Shown here in pieces: positions 30,223 through 41,388 of a stretch of 64,000 nt of DNA; within the stretch, counting starts at the first letter, position 1, and each line of letters starts with the position of its first letter. The notes under the pieces are model-generated. The model was not told the DNA's origin. It did not search any database and saw only the letters and a program-made list of their open reading frames with translations. The stretch is from an uncultured Planctomycetaceae bacterium (GTDB lineage Bacteria; Planctomycetota; Planctomycetia; Planctomycetales; Planctomycetaceae). The DNA is taken from contig CAXBME010000008.1 in NCBI GenBank assembly GCA_963976765.1, forward strand, positions 1-64,000. Direction: 5' to 3'. Made by a program: the position numbers and the translations under genes.

Positions 30223-30596
30223 AGTCATCTCTTTGTTTCTGACAGCTTGACGCGCTATGAAAAGTCGATCGACCGACACTCAAACGCAGAATGAATTCGC
30301 CGTTGAAGTTTCGTCGTCCATTCTGTGTGCGTTATCGGATCACCCGGCGTGGGCGGAAAATGCAGTGCTGCCCCGGTCGTGAAATACGAAGTTCTCAACG
30401 ATCTGGAATCGCTGCCTGAGACGTTCCATGCAGCGGCTTCACTGAATCATTTGCCGGCCTGAGCTTTGCCGGTTGTGTGAGGGCCGACAGGAAAATCCCG
30501 GTGAAGGTCACAATGGATCGGTTTCAGACTCTTTCGCCGGACCGAAGTGCCGCCATCCAACGAAGGAATGTCTAACGAAGTTGCCGCCATTTTTGA

Positions 30597-32075
30597 CTAC
30601 AGCTCAGGAATCGGATCGTCGGTTCCGACATCTTCGCCTTCCCAATTGACCTGACCATTTTCGAATGTCAGCACGCGATGGCTGCTGCCTGGAGCGGGCT
30701 TGCGGTCGATCTTTGGAACCCACCGACGGTGCTGGGAGATGATGTCGGCGTATTTCGGATTCCCGGCGAGGTTCGACCATTCGTTGGGATCTTTTCGCAT
30801 GTCGTACAACTCTTCGGTTCCGTCAGCATAGGTGATGTACCGCCAGTCCTCGCTGCGAATTCCGTGATTGCCCTTGTTGTGAGTCGTGATGGCTGGCCAC
30901 TCGCGGTCTGCGTCTGCATTCCTAAGTTGCGGTACGAGACTGTGACCTTCGAGCTGTTTGTTCTCCGGCAGCCCGCACAGTTCCAGCAGAGTCGGGTACA
31001 TGTCGAGCAGCTCTGCCGGCTTCGTGCAGCGTCCCGCGGAAGCGATTCCCGGTCCGGCGAAAATCAGAGGAACTCGGGTTCCGTCGTCCCACAACGTGTT
31101 CTTGCCGGTGATGAGTTTCTCACCCAGATGCCAGCCGTGATCTGACCACAACACGACGATTGTGTTGTCGGCTTTGCCGCTCTTTTTCAAGGCTGCCAGT
31201 ACGCGGCCAACCTGACTGTCGACAAAGCTTGTGCAGGCGAGGTACGAACGGCAGAGGTTTTCCCACTGGTCGGCTTCTTCCAGAAACTTGAAACGAGGTT
31301 CCGGAAGTTTCCAGTGCAGGTACCACGAGAATCGTGGAGTGTCGTCCCGGTCGTGCCTCATGATTGGCGGCAACAGCGATTTACCGTCTGGATAAAGGTC
31401 GAACCATTTCTGAGTCGCATAACACGGAACGTGAGGCAGGAAGAAACCCACCGACATGAAGAACGGTTCGTCGGGCGTGGCTTCGAGTTGTTCGACTGCC
31501 CAGCTCGCGACTTTCCAGTCACCTTTGTCCTCGTCTTTGTGGGGAAAGACTCCCCAATCAACCAGCGGATGCGCAGCCGGAGTCTGCACCAGTTTTTCTT
31601 TCGGTCGAACTCCTACTCCAGGTGGCGGGCCGACGACATCAAACTCGGTGTCGGTCTTTTTTCGACCGTAGCCGCCGTGATAAATCTTGCCCGTTGTGAA
31701 AGTCTTATAGCCGTGCTGCTTCAGATACTGAGGCAATGTGACGAGATCCTTGAACTCGTCCAGGCTTCGGAACCACGGAGACAATCCACAAACTCCGGTC
31801 GACGATGGTCGCAAGCCGGTCATCAGACTTGTTCGCGATGGGTTGCACAACGGTGCCTGACAATGAGCGTTCAGAAAGACGGTTCCGCTGGCGGCCAGCT
31901 TGTCGATGTGCGGCGTTTTCACTTCCGGGTGTCCACCAAGGCAGCCAATCCAGTCGTTCTGATCATCAATCGCGATGAAGAGAATGTTTGGCTTTTCCGC
32001 TGCGCTAACACCAGCCGACAGCACCAGCGTGAAACACAATCCGACGAGAATCGTTAAGCGTGATGGGACAGGCAT
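30597..32075 (-). CDS. Secreted formylglycine-dependent sulfatase (iduronate/choline-sulfatase-like)
   Basis: Signal peptide; KPNILFIAIDD, CNPSR (CxPxR), GKIYH and SDHGWHLGEK motifs; start at MPVPSR. Confidence 0.92.
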   Translation of the reverse strand: MPVPSRLTILVGLCFTLVLSAGVSAAEKPNILFIAIDDQNDWIGCLGGHPEVKTPHIDKLAASGTVFLNAHCQAPLCNPSRTSLMTGLRPSSTGVCGLSPWFRSLDEFKDLVTLPQYLKQHGYKTFTTGKIYHGGYGRKKTDTEFDVVGPPPGVGVRPKEKLVQTPAAHPLVDWGVFPHKDEDKGDWKVASWAVEQLEATPDEPFFMSVGFFLPHVPCYATQKWFDLYPDGKSLLPPIMRHDRDDTPRFSWYLHWKLPEPRFKFLEEADQWENLCRSYLACTSFVDSQVGRVLAALKKSGKADNTIVVLWSDHGWHLGEKLITGKNTLWDDGTRVPLIFAGPGIASAGRCTKPAELLDMYPTLLELCGLPENKQLEGHSLVPQLRNADADREWPAITTHNKGNHGIRSEDWRYITYADGTEELYDMRKDPNEWSNLAGNPKYADIISQHRRWVPKIDRKPAPGSSHRVLTFENGQVNWEGEDVGTDDPIPEL

Positions 32076-32249
32076 GGGCAATCCTCGATCGATGTTCAAG
32101 TTCAAGATGCGGTCAGATTCAATGAACGGCTCGGCGAAGTATATTCTCAACCGTTCTCGATTCCGAATGCCCTGGGACACTATGTTGTGTGGCAAAGTGT
32201 GTGACAGTGTCGTGAGGTCTGTTCGGAAACTTCTCCGAGGTGCTGGGTT

Positions 32250-32654
32250 GTGATCGTTGCAGAAGTTATCGTTCTGGAGAAGCAAGCGCGTTGGGCTCCT
32301 GAACTGAGTCGGCAGTTCCAGAACGAAAACATTGCCGTGCGTGCGTGTCGAGACGTCGCCGGTCTGCGCGAACGAGTCGACGCCGCTCGAGGGAATCAAA
32401 AGATCTGCGTCGCCGTGCTGAACCTTGCAGGCTGGCCCGGCGAGTGCCTGCCCGTAATTTCCCAACTGCACAGACTGCACGTCTGCGTCGCTGTTGTTGG
32501 GCATCCAGGAGTCGAATTACTCGAACCATCGCTGCGGGAACTCGGTGTAACGACGTTGTTTCTGCCGCCTGTTGCTGGCCATGAAATCGAAGATGCGTGT
32601 CGCAGACTGTTGGGGCAACATTCGCTACAGTGTCTCGGACCGGGATCGCGCTGA
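32250..32654 (+). CDS. Stand-alone atypical (pseudo-)receiver domain protein
   Basis: CheY-like beta/alpha pattern (VIVLE, VAVLN, VAVVG, LGVTTLFLPP), but the phospho-Asp and Lys positions are substituted. Confidence 0.5.
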   Translation: MIVAEVIVLEKQARWAPELSRQFQNENIAVRACRDVAGLRERVDAARGNQKICVAVLNLAGWPGECLPVISQLHRLHVCVAVVGHPGVELLEPSLRELGVTTLFLPPVAGHEIEDACRRLLGQHSLQCLGPGSR

Positions 32655-32726
32655 ATGACGACTTCGCTTGAAGCTTTGCTCGTTCCTGGCATCAGTCGTC
32701 GACAAAATTAAAGGCAGGAACGCCGG

Positions 32727-33431
32727 ATGAGGATTATTCGAGGTCGCTTCGGCCGCCGAAAATTGCTGAGTAACCCGGGAGACACGACTCGACCAATCAC
32801 CGACAAAGTGAAGGAGAGCCTGTTTGAGTACCTGGAAGACGAGATCCAGGAAGCGCGGGTTGCGGACATCTTCGCGGGAACGGGCACGATCGGTCTGGAG
32901 TCGCTCAGCCGCGGAGCCAACTCGGTCGTTTTTTTCGAACGGGATCGCAAAGCGGTCGAACTGCTTCGGAAGAACGTGGCGTCACTGAAAGTCGAAGACG
33001 AAACGCTCTGCTGGGCGACGGACGTCCTGAAGACTTCATTCCGTCCCAAAAACTGCGAAGGGATGACGCCCTTCGACGTCGCCTTCTTCGACCCACCCTA
33101 CAAGATGGTGCCGGACATCATCCCCGGAAAGCAGCTGTTTAGATCGCTGGAACGGCTGGCTCGCGAAGACGTAACTTCAGACGGTGCGCTGCTTGTCTTT
33201 CGAACGCCGAGTCGTGCAGTCTTTCAACTACCAAATGCCTGGCAGTTCGAGCGGATGCTTGAGTATTCGCGAATGGAAGTTCACTGGTTTCGCAAAAAAG
33301 CTCAATCATTAAATTCGCCAAATAGTGAGACTGCACTGGGCGAAGCTCAGAAAGACGAATCCCAGTCTGGCGACATCGCGAAAGGCGATGCTGCGCAGGA
33401 ACCACTCGATGGTCCAGTCCCAATAGTTTAG
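32727..33431 (+). CDS. rsmD: 16S rRNA m2G966 methyltransferase RsmD
   Basis: MRIIRG, TRPITDKVKESLF, DIFAGTG.IGLESLSRGA and FFDPPY motifs. Confidence 0.93.
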   Translation: MRIIRGRFGRRKLLSNPGDTTRPITDKVKESLFEYLEDEIQEARVADIFAGTGTIGLESLSRGANSVVFFERDRKAVELLRKNVASLKVEDETLCWATDVLKTSFRPKNCEGMTPFDVAFFDPPYKMVPDIIPGKQLFRSLERLAREDVTSDGALLVFRTPSRAVFQLPNAWQFERMLEYSRMEVHWFRKKAQSLNSPNSETALGEAQKDESQSGDIAKGDAAQEPLDGPVPIV

Positions 33432-33929
33432 TTGTCGGAACTTCAGCCCCAGCCAGAGAGGCCACTGGAGAAACGATGACCCTCCCCCGGAACCGTTTCT
33501 GCCTGGCGACAGCCTGCGCTGCCGTCGGACTGTCTCTGCCCTGGGGAGGGTCTACGCTTGAAGGCGATCATTACTAATCGGCCTTTGCAGGCGCTGTGAT
33601 GAATACAAAAAATCAGGCGAATGTTCATTCGCGTTTGGGAACGAGCGATTTGGCATGAAATAGCAGCAGCTGGCGTGGGCAGCAATGGGAGTGCTGGGCT
33701 CGTGGAGTTCGGCCACTATCAGGTATTTCCTGATAATTGCAACAGGTGTTCCTGATTTTTCTTCACCGGGCTGTTGAGCTGCATGTGGAAGAATTCAACT
33801 TCTCGCCCTTGTCGATGCTTCAATTGCCCACGACCATTGATTGCCAGACAGGCTTGTCAGAGATAGTTTTCGTTCCGGTTTGCCGGTCATTCTTACGTCC
33901 GGCATCGTGTTTCCAGCCACTTGGCCTGT

Positions 33930-35675
33930 ATGACTGACGTTCCGATGCACAACAGCGAGATTGCAGGTCTGTTTGATGAACTGGCCGACCTGCTTGAAAT
34001 TCAAGGTGCAAATGCATTTCGACTTCGAGCCTACCGAAACGCCTCAAGGACAATCGGCAGCTTGCCTGAATCGATTGCCGAGTTGGCTCAGGATGGTTCG
34101 AAGGCTTTGCAGGCGATTCAGGGAATCGGCAAGGATCTGGCGGAAAAGATTGTCACGATCGTGGAAACTGGTGAACTCCCGCAGCTTGAAGAACTTCGGG
34201 AGCAGGTTCCCACCGGCGTCGTGATGATGCTGCGAATCCCCGGAATTGGCCCCAAAAAAGTCGCGGCCATTTTCAATGAACTCGGCGTTACGACGCTTGA
34301 TGAACTTCGTGAAGCGGCAGAGCAGGGGCAGATCGCCAAACTGAAGGGCTTTGGCGCAAAAACCGCGACGACGATTCTGGAAGGACTCGATCAGGTCGAA
34401 CAGTCGGCTCAGCGAGTTTACCACGCAGATGCTCGACCGATTGTCGAGCAGATTGTCGCTGCCCTGACCGAGCTGGACGAAGTGACTCAGGTCAGCGTCG
34501 CGGGAAGTTTTCGACGATGCCGTGAAACGATTGGCGACCTCGACGTTCTGGCAACGGCAACGGATTCTGCTCGAGTGATGGACACGCTTGCTGAGCATCC
34601 GCTTGTCGAAAAAGTACTCGCTCGTGGTGAGACGAAACAGCGGGTTCGATTGAGTCCATTATTTGACGGCATCAAAAAACTGGAACTTGACCTGCGGGTT
34701 GTTCCTGACGAATCGTACGGTGCCGCAATGCAGTATTTTACCGGCTCGAAAGAGCACAACATTGTCGTCAGAAAGCGTGCTCAGGAGCAGGGACTGAAGG
34801 TCAACGAGTACGGCGTTTATCGCGGCGACGAGTACATCGCCGGAGCGTCCGAAGAAGATGTTTATGCGGCATTGGGACTGCCGTTCATTGCTCCCGAGTT
34901 GCGTGAAGATCGTCGTGAGTTTGACCTTGCCGCCGCCGGAACGTTGCCGGAGCTGGTCACGGTCGACGACATTCAGGGCGACCTGCACATGCACACGACG
35001 GCGACGGACGGGCAGGCGTCGATCCTCGAAATGGCCGAGGCAGCCAGAGCTCGAGGTTTGAAGTACATCGCGATCACCGACCATTCCAAACGAGTCACGA
35101 TGGCCAACGGCCTGGACGCGGATCGGTTGCGGGCTCACTGGAAAAACATCGACAAAGCTCGCGCACAGATTTCGGGCATCGAAATTCTGTGCGGGATCGA
35201 GTGCGACATTCTCGAAGATGCAACGATGGACCTGCCCGACGATGTACTTGCCGAAGCCGATTGGGTTGTCGCCGTTCTTCATTACGGCCTGAAGCAGCCG
35301 CGTGACCAGATCAACAAGCGGCTGCTGAATGCGATCAGGAATCCACACGTGTCGGTGATCGGTCATCCAAGCGGACGAGTGATCGGGAAACGATCCGGGG
35401 CTGACATCAGCTTTCCGGAAATGTTTCAGGCTGCCGCTGATCACGGGTGCATGATGGAAATCAACGCTCACCGCAGCCGGCTGGACTTGAACGACGTCCA
35501 CGCAGCGGCTGCGAAAGACTTTGGGATTCCCATTGTTATCAGCACGGACGCTCATAGCGTTCATGGATTTGCAGAGCTGCAGAACGGAGTTAACCAGGCT
35601 CGGCGCGCTGGCCTGAGTGCTGACGACGTCGCAAACACTCGGGATCTCAGCGATTTTCGCAAAATGATTCGCTGA
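33930..35675 (+). CDS. polX: DNA polymerase X / PHP 3'-5' exonuclease
   Basis: HhH motifs GIGKD and [35 protein letters not shown] motifs DLHMHT, TDHS and STDAH. Confidence 0.95.
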   Translation: MTDVPMHNSEIAGLFDELADLLEIQGANAFRLRAYRNASRTIGSLPESIAELAQDGSKALQAIQGIGKDLAEKIVTIVETGELPQLEELREQVPTGVVMMLRIPGIGPKKVAAIFNELGVTTLDELREAAEQGQIAKLKGFGAKTATTILEGLDQVEQSAQRVYHADARPIVEQIVAALTELDEVTQVSVAGSFRRCRETIGDLDVLATATDSARVMDTLAEHPLVEKVLARGETKQRVRLSPLFDGIKKLELDLRVVPDESYGAAMQYFTGSKEHNIVVRKRAQEQGLKVNEYGVYRGDEYIAGASEEDVYAALGLPFIAPELREDRREFDLAAAGTLPELVTVDDIQGDLHMHTTATDGQASILEMAEAARARGLKYIAITDHSKRVTMANGLDADRLRAHWKNIDKARAQISGIEILCGIECDILEDATMDLPDDVLAEADWVVAVLHYGLKQPRDQINKRLLNAIRNPHVSVIGHPSGRVIGKRSGADISFPEMFQAAADHGCMMEINAHRSRLDLNDVHAAAAKDFGIPIVISTDAHSVHGFAELQNGVNQARRAGLSADDVANTRDLSDFRKMIR

Positions 35676-36138
35676 CTGACCTGTGGATAGGTCACATGCA
35701 GCCGTTCTGCTGCAAATTTCAAGAGCCAGCAGAGGTTGGGTCGGCGCAAAGGAAAACAGGCCAGAAAGCGTAACTTCCTGACCTGCTTCGGCTTATCAAA
35801 TGCTCGCGGCTTTTAATCAGCCCAAGCCATGCTGGCTATGCCAGTTTCTTATTGCACGTTTTGCAACGGACTCGTCGACGGACAACCTTTCCGCATTTCG
35901 GGCAGCGGGCTGTGGATCGTGCTTTGTGCAGTTTTGTACGGGGTCGTTGAACCATGATTCACCTGTGTCAGCATTGATTCGGCTGACGTCTGAATCAGCC
36001 GATCCTGTAATTGAAAAAGTGGGGGAACGCGAAAATCTACCGACGCAGCACGACGCTCGCAACCCATGCCCGTTCGACTCTGGATTGTCAGGGCCGTTTA
36101 CAAAGCACATGAGCTCGTCAGATCGTGTCAGAAAACAG

Positions 36139-36175
36139 AAAAGCCCTCGGGTGAAATAAATTCACCGGAGGGCTT
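36139..36175 (-). terminator. Rho-independent terminator of the small minus-strand gene
   Basis: AAAAGCCCTCGGGTGAA-ATAAA-TTCACCGGAGGGCTT; the A-run on + gives a U-tail on -. Confidence 0.75.
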
Positions 36176-36213
36176 CCGGGCACCGGCAGTCAGGAGACAG
36201 CCTGCGGAGCCAG

Positions 36214-36465
36214 CTAATCTTCTTCGACTTCCCCGTCGGGACCGTGATCGACACAGTCTTCATTGTGCCACAGCGGGAGTCCAGCGGCATAACGGGCAGC
36301 AAGCATGCAGACTTTTTCTTCTGAACCCGGTTTGGCAATGGTCGCCGTCTGGGGGTCAATGTTCAGTCCCTCGAGATCAATCTCGGGGTACTCTTCGAGC
36401 GTGCTGAAACTGTCGTCGTCAAAGTCAAAATCGTCCATTTTTACGTCCACATCAGCTAACGGCAT
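36214..36465 (-). CDS. Small acidic conserved hypothetical protein (83 aa)
   Basis: AGGAG RBS, own promoter and terminator; motif T.AKPGSEEKV.MLAARYAAGLPLWH..D. Confidence 0.8.
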   Translation of the reverse strand: MPLADVDVKMDDFDFDDDSFSTLEEYPEIDLEGLNIDPQTATIAKPGSEEKVCMLAARYAAGLPLWHNEDCVDHGPDGEVEED

Positions 36466-36825
36466 CGGGATTTACTCCTGCTCCAGAGAGGGAACTAAAG
36501 CGGGGTGGTCAGTTGGAAAACAAGGAACGACCGCGTTCCTGGTCAGCGATATCAAGAAAAACTGTTCAAAACTCACTTAAACAGAAACCGTATTTACAGA
36601 GACAGCGCACAGCGACTCTGCTGATAAAGCTACATTAGGGAAAACGATGAGCGACTATCGGGCGGACGCCAACGGCATCCTTAACAAACTCAGCGGAGGG
36701 ATTCGTCGAGGAAGAACTACACCAGACGCAACACAGGCAGCTGTCTTTTACCAAGCAAAAACTAAAACTGTTGAGTGAGTCGGCGAGTTTGATCAGGAGG
36801 GTTAATCAGGTGGGTGGTGGCCCGG

Positions 36826-36866
36826 ATTCTCAGCTCAATCGTTTGGGAAGTCAACAATTTTTTTTC
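36826..36866 (-). promoter_or_regulatory. Sigma-70-type promoter
   Basis: Minus strand TTGACT-17 bp-GAGAAT (36854-36849 and 36831-36826) with an A-rich UP-like tract upstream. Confidence 0.6.
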
Positions 36867-36963
36867 TTTCTCTTCGACAAACCTTCGATCGGAATGGTGT
36901 ACCGTAATATTCGCGTGTGTGGCCTACCGCAAAGATTGAAATCGCTCACTCTCAGCCAGAGTC

Positions 36964-38991
36964 TCAACCTGATCGGGAAGGGCGAGAAACTTTGTAACGC
37001 TTCAGTTTCCTATCCAGCGTCGACCGCTCGATCCCCAGAATCTGAGCCGCAGTCGATTTGTTCCAGTTAGTGCGCTCAAGGGTGTTGAGAATATGTTCTC
37101 GCTCCAGCCGATTGAGTGAAATGTCCCGGTTGTCCTGTTTGAATGATTCTCCCACCGCTCCGATTTTCGCCGAAGTCGTTCGGGTGGAAAGCTGGATATC
37201 TGCTGGTTCGATGGTCGTATTTCGAGCGAGAATGACAGCTCGCTCGATTGTGTTCTGCAGTTCCCGAATGTTGCCGGGCCATTGATACTCCATTAACTGC
37301 TGGATTGCTGCGTCCGAAAAACTCTGAACCCGGTTGCTGGTCTTTGCTGAAAACTTCTGGAGGAAATAATGAGCAAGGACCGGAATATCTGAGGCATGAT
37401 CTCTAAGTGCCGGCACCGCAATTTCCATCACAAATAATCGAAAGAAGAGATCCTGCCGAAACGTCTTCTCCTCGATTGCCAGTTCAAGATCGCGATTCGT
37501 TGCGGCAACGACTCGCACGTCGACAGTGATCGGACTTCCGCCGCCGACTCGTTCAAACGGATGACCTTCCAGAACTCGCAGAAACTTTGCCTGAATGGGA
37601 AGGCTCATCTCGCCGACTTCGTCGAGAAACAGCGTCCCGCGATCGGCCTGTTCGAACTTACCAATCTTTCGACCGGCTGCCCCCGTGAATGAACCCTTTT
37701 CGTGTCCGAAAAGTTCACTTTCGAGCAGCGTCTCAGATAGAGCAGCGCAGTTCATACAGACAAAAGGTCCGCTGCGTCTGCCACTGCTGAAGTGAATTGC
37801 CCGAGCGACAAGCTCTTTGCCAACGCCACTTTCGCCACGAATCAACGCGGTCGCGTCAGTAGGTGCAACCCGCGCGATCGTGTCTTTCAGAGATTGCATT
37901 GCCGGGCTGTCGCCAACAAGGTCACTTTCAATGGCCAGTTGATGCCGCAGCGTCTTTGCTTCGTCTTTTGCTTTGGCGAGTCCATCCTGAAGATGCATTT
38001 TCTCCTGAAGATGTTCCAGAGCGACGGCAAACTGATCGGCGACCGCCAGCGTGTAATCCAGATCGTCAAGCTCCAGATGGCTGCCGCCTTGAGTCGTGTA
38101 AAGGTGAATCAGCCCATAGATCGCATCCTTCGTTCTGATCGGCGCACAGATCACGCTGTAAGCCTGAAGTTTCTGCAGACTCGCTTTGTCAGTCAGACGA
38201 CTGTCTTCTTTAATATCCCGCGCCAGAACCGCTTCCCAGTCATTCAACACGATCGTCGACAGCGAATTCGACACCTTCTCGTAAGTCTCGTCGCCGACCG
38301 TTTGATAGGCGACGATCTGTAGCTGCGACGGCTCTGGTCGCTCGACACTTTTCGGCAGAAGCAGCACCGCTCCGATGCTCACCTTACTTTCCGAGACAAG
38401 TCCTTCGAGAACGATTTCAGACAGTTCTTTGATGTTCCGTGTCGAACCCATTTCAAGGGCCAGGCGGTACATCTTCGCCAGTTCCTGACTGGCACGGTCC
38501 CGGCCAATCGCTTCTGCTCCGCCGCCTGAGTGATACCTTGTTTTATGTCTTCGAAAGACGATCTCAGGTTCAGGAGTTCCTCGCGGCGCAGATGGCAGGC
38601 CGTCGCAGGTTTCCGTTCCGCTTTCCAGTGAAATGTCACTGTCTGGCGGCCTGGAGATATCCAGCGTGAAGACAAGGCTGCATTCTCCGATCTGAATCTG
38701 GTCACCGTCGCTCAGAGGCCAGTCATCGGTAACGCGGCAGCCTTCAATCAGCGTTCCATTTCGACTTCCCAGATCCCGCAGCATCCATTCGCCGTCTGCC
38801 TGATAGATCTCGCAGTGGTGTCGGCTGCAAATATCGTCTGGAACCACGACACGGTTCGTCGGCGCTCGACCAATGGTTGTGACCTGTCCGGGAGCCAGAC
38901 GAAAGACATTTCGCCACTTCAGCTCATCCCGAAGAATCAGATACACCGACTGGTCCGAAACGGCTTCCGAATTGGTCCGTTCGTGCGACAT
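36964..38991 (-). CDS. Sigma-54-dependent enhancer-binding protein with FHA and GAF input domains and a Fis HTH
   Basis: FHA motifs IGR..SRHH..GSRNGT; GAF domain; [51 protein letters not shown]. Confidence 0.95.
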   Translation of the reverse strand: MSHERTNSEAVSDQSVYLILRDELKWRNVFRLAPGQVTTIGRAPTNRVVVPDDICSRHHCEIYQADGEWMLRDLGSRNGTLIEGCRVTDDWPLSDGDQIQIGECSLVFTLDISRPPDSDISLESGTETCDGLPSAPRGTPEPEIVFRRHKTRYHSGGGAEAIGRDRASQELAKMYRLALEMGSTRNIKELSEIVLEGLVSESKVSIGAVLLLPKSVERPEPSQLQIVAYQTVGDETYEKVSNSLSTIVLNDWEAVLARDIKEDSRLTDKASLQKLQAYSVICAPIRTKDAIYGLIHLYTTQGGSHLELDDLDYTLAVADQFAVALEHLQEKMHLQDGLAKAKDEAKTLRHQLAIESDLVGDSPAMQSLKDTIARVAPTDATALIRGESGVGKELVARAIHFSSGRRSGPFVCMNCAALSETLLESELFGHEKGSFTGAAGRKIGKFEQADRGTLFLDEVGEMSLPIQAKFLRVLEGHPFERVGGGSPITVDVRVVAATNRDLELAIEEKTFRQDLFFRLFVMEIAVPALRDHASDIPVLAHYFLQKFSAKTSNRVQSFSDAAIQQLMEYQWPGNIRELQNTIERAVILARNTTIEPADIQLSTRTTSAKIGAVGESFKQDNRDISLNRLEREHILNTLERTNWNKSTAAQILGIERSTLDRKLKRYKVSRPSRSG

Positions 38992-39482
38992 TAACGGAAA
39001 TCGTCCTCAATGAATGAAGTCAGAACCGTGACCAGGACAACGCTAAGTGGACAAAACCCCGAATCGAACGTGCGGTCGGGTGCTGCTGGACGATAATCAT
39101 CAGGCTGTAATGTCTGCACTGATGAATCGTCGCAGATCGGTAGTTTCGAGAGTTGGTCACTTGGCAGCCAGCATAAACAAGCTTGATTCGAGCTGGCAAT
39201 GTATTTCAGGCTTCAACGTCGTTGTGTCTGAGTTCGTGCGCGAGCAACCTTGATATCTTCGCCAATGCGGACAACCTGACAGCTCGATCAGACGCAAGCG
39301 GGCTGGAACTCATTGAGTGTCTGAGACAATCACTTTAGGCTGACTGCCCTGCAAAATCCGATCAGAGCAGCCGCGTGGCTACAATGTCGCGGATCGAGGT
39401 TACCATCGATCAAATTACTTTCCTTCAGTAGTTTGTCTGACCGTTCGTCGTACCCTGAAAAAACATCGCCAGAGGCCAACGA

Positions 39483-40928
39483 ATGAGCATTCCCCGCCAT
39501 CCGAATCTAACTCGCAGATCAGCACTCCAGGTCGGCGGAGTTGGTCTGCTCGGTCTGGGATCGAACCATCTGGCTGCTTTGCGAGCGGCTGACTCAGCAG
39601 CCCCCTTGCCGGACTCGTCAAAGCAACGTTCGGTAATCTACATATTCCTGTCCGGAGGACTCGGTCAGCACGACAGCTTCGATATGAAGCCAGACGCCCC
39701 GGACAATATTCGCGGCGAGTTCATGCCAGTGTCGACGCAAACGCCCGGCCTGCAAATCTGCGAGCACATGCCGGAACTGGCCAAACGTAGTAACAAGTGG
39801 TCGATCGTGCGTTCCCTGACTCATCCTTACAACGAGCACTCGCAAGGGCACATGGTGATGCTGTCCGGTCGGACGCCCATGCCGCCGACGTTCAGCGCGA
39901 GCAAGCCAATGCCCGAGGACTGGCCGTCCATTGCGGCCATTTCCGGCGACCACTTTCCGGCGACTAATAATCTTCCGCCAGCGGTTGTTCTTCCCGAACG
40001 GCTGATCCATCGAACCGGTCGAGTCATTCCCGGCCAGTTCGCCGGTCAGATGGGCCGACGACGCGATCCCTGGTTCGTCAATGCGGCGCCGTTTAACGGC
40101 ACAACTTACGGAGCGTTTCCCGAGTACGAGTTTCATCACGCTCGCGGAACCGAGCATGTCGACTCGATGAAGTTTCAGGCTCCAAGTCTCGATCTGCCCG
40201 AAGGTTTCACACAGCCTCGCATCGCCCGCCGATTCGGCTTGATGAACGAAGTTGAGCGGCAGCGCAAGGAGCTCGACCGTTTCGCCTCGACGCAGCAGTT
40301 CGATAAGTTCCGACAGGGAGCGATTTCGCTGCTGACCGACGAAAAAGTCCGGCACGCGTTTGACGTCGTCAAGGCTGACGATGCAACGCTCGACCGCTAC
40401 GGTCGTAATTCGTTCGGCTGGTCACTGCTGATGGCCCGCCGTCTGGTCGAAGCTGGCGTCAACATGGTCCAGGTCAATCTGGGCAACAACGAGTCCTGGG
40501 ATACCCACGGCAACGCATTTCCCAATCTGAAAGACAAGCTGCTGCCGCCGATGGACCGGTCCGTCGCGGCACTGCTGGACGATCTCGACGATTCCGGACG
40601 GCTCGATTCAACACTCGTCGTTATGGCCGGGGAATTCGGGCGAACTCCCAAAGTCTTCGGTTTGCCGGCTCACTACAAGCTTCCGGGACGCGACCACTGG
40701 GGAGCCGTCCAGTCGGTGTTCTTTGCTGGCGGCGGCATCCAGGGCGGGAGAGTCATCGGCTCGTCGGACAAGATCGGAGGCTACCCGGCTTCTGATCCGC
40801 AGAAGCCTGAAAACATGGCCGCGACGATCTATCAGTCGCTCGGAATTCCTCGCACCGCCGCCTGGCACGACGATTTCAATCGTCCTCACCACATCTATAA
40901 CGGCGAGCCAATCGCTGGCCTGACCTGA
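39483..40928 (+). CDS. DUF1501 domain protein (Tat signal)
   Basis: TRRSALQVGG, IFLSGG..QHDSFDMKP, ARRLVEAGV, WDTH, GEFGRTP and GRDHW motifs. Confidence 0.93.
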   Translation: MSIPRHPNLTRRSALQVGGVGLLGLGSNHLAALRAADSAAPLPDSSKQRSVIYIFLSGGLGQHDSFDMKPDAPDNIRGEFMPVSTQTPGLQICEHMPELAKRSNKWSIVRSLTHPYNEHSQGHMVMLSGRTPMPPTFSASKPMPEDWPSIAAISGDHFPATNNLPPAVVLPERLIHRTGRVIPGQFAGQMGRRRDPWFVNAAPFNGTTYGAFPEYEFHHARGTEHVDSMKFQAPSLDLPEGFTQPRIARRFGLMNEVERQRKELDRFASTQQFDKFRQGAISLLTDEKVRHAFDVVKADDATLDRYGRNSFGWSLLMARRLVEAGVNMVQVNLGNNESWDTHGNAFPNLKDKLLPPMDRSVAALLDDLDDSGRLDSTLVVMAGEFGRTPKVFGLPAHYKLPGRDHWGAVQSVFFAGGGIQGGRVIGSSDKIGGYPASDPQKPENMAATIYQSLGIPRTAAWHDDFNRPHHIYNGEPIAGLT

Positions 40929-41388
40929 AATCCCGAAGAAATCGGGTGTGGGTGGCGCAGCCAGCATGGCTGAGCCTCGCAGCGGCAGGCCGTTTCATCA
41001 TGCGTGGGCAGTCTGAAAACACAGGATTGAATGTCAAATTGGGAGCGATGGGGCGAGCTGTCTGCTCCTCTGGCAACTACCCAATGCCCCCTGAACACGA
41101 CCACCCCAAGGCTTCGAGACTCTCGCATCTCTTCCGGACTCGAATTGCCGCCATTTTGCCAGGTCGCCTATCATGGGCCTGTCGCACGGACTTTGTCCCG
41201 GTCGAGCTTTCCGTCGAATCGTCAACTGTGCGGCGTTTCACCGTTCGATCGGTGATCATGTTCCGAAGATAGAAAAAGCCAACGCTTAATGGGAAACGGG
41301 GCGTACCGTTCCGCACCGCAGACTGCTGACCACACTGCCTGGATCCCACCCAACCCAGCCTGAACCTACCCGGTCGGAGAATTTTAAT

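Noticed and set aside
30257..30462. Small gene or frameshifted gene after the hairpin region
   Set aside because: Only 41 codons plus a short overlapping frame, with no clear RBS or motif; not supportable as a CDS.
32076..32504. 143-aa N-terminal extension of the sulfatase in the ORF track
   Set aside because: The signal peptide begins at MPVPSR (32075), and the extension overlaps the divergent gene.
33650..33667. Sigma-54 promoter TGGCATGAAATAGC
   Set aside because: The GG-to-GC spacing is 9 nt rather than the required 10.
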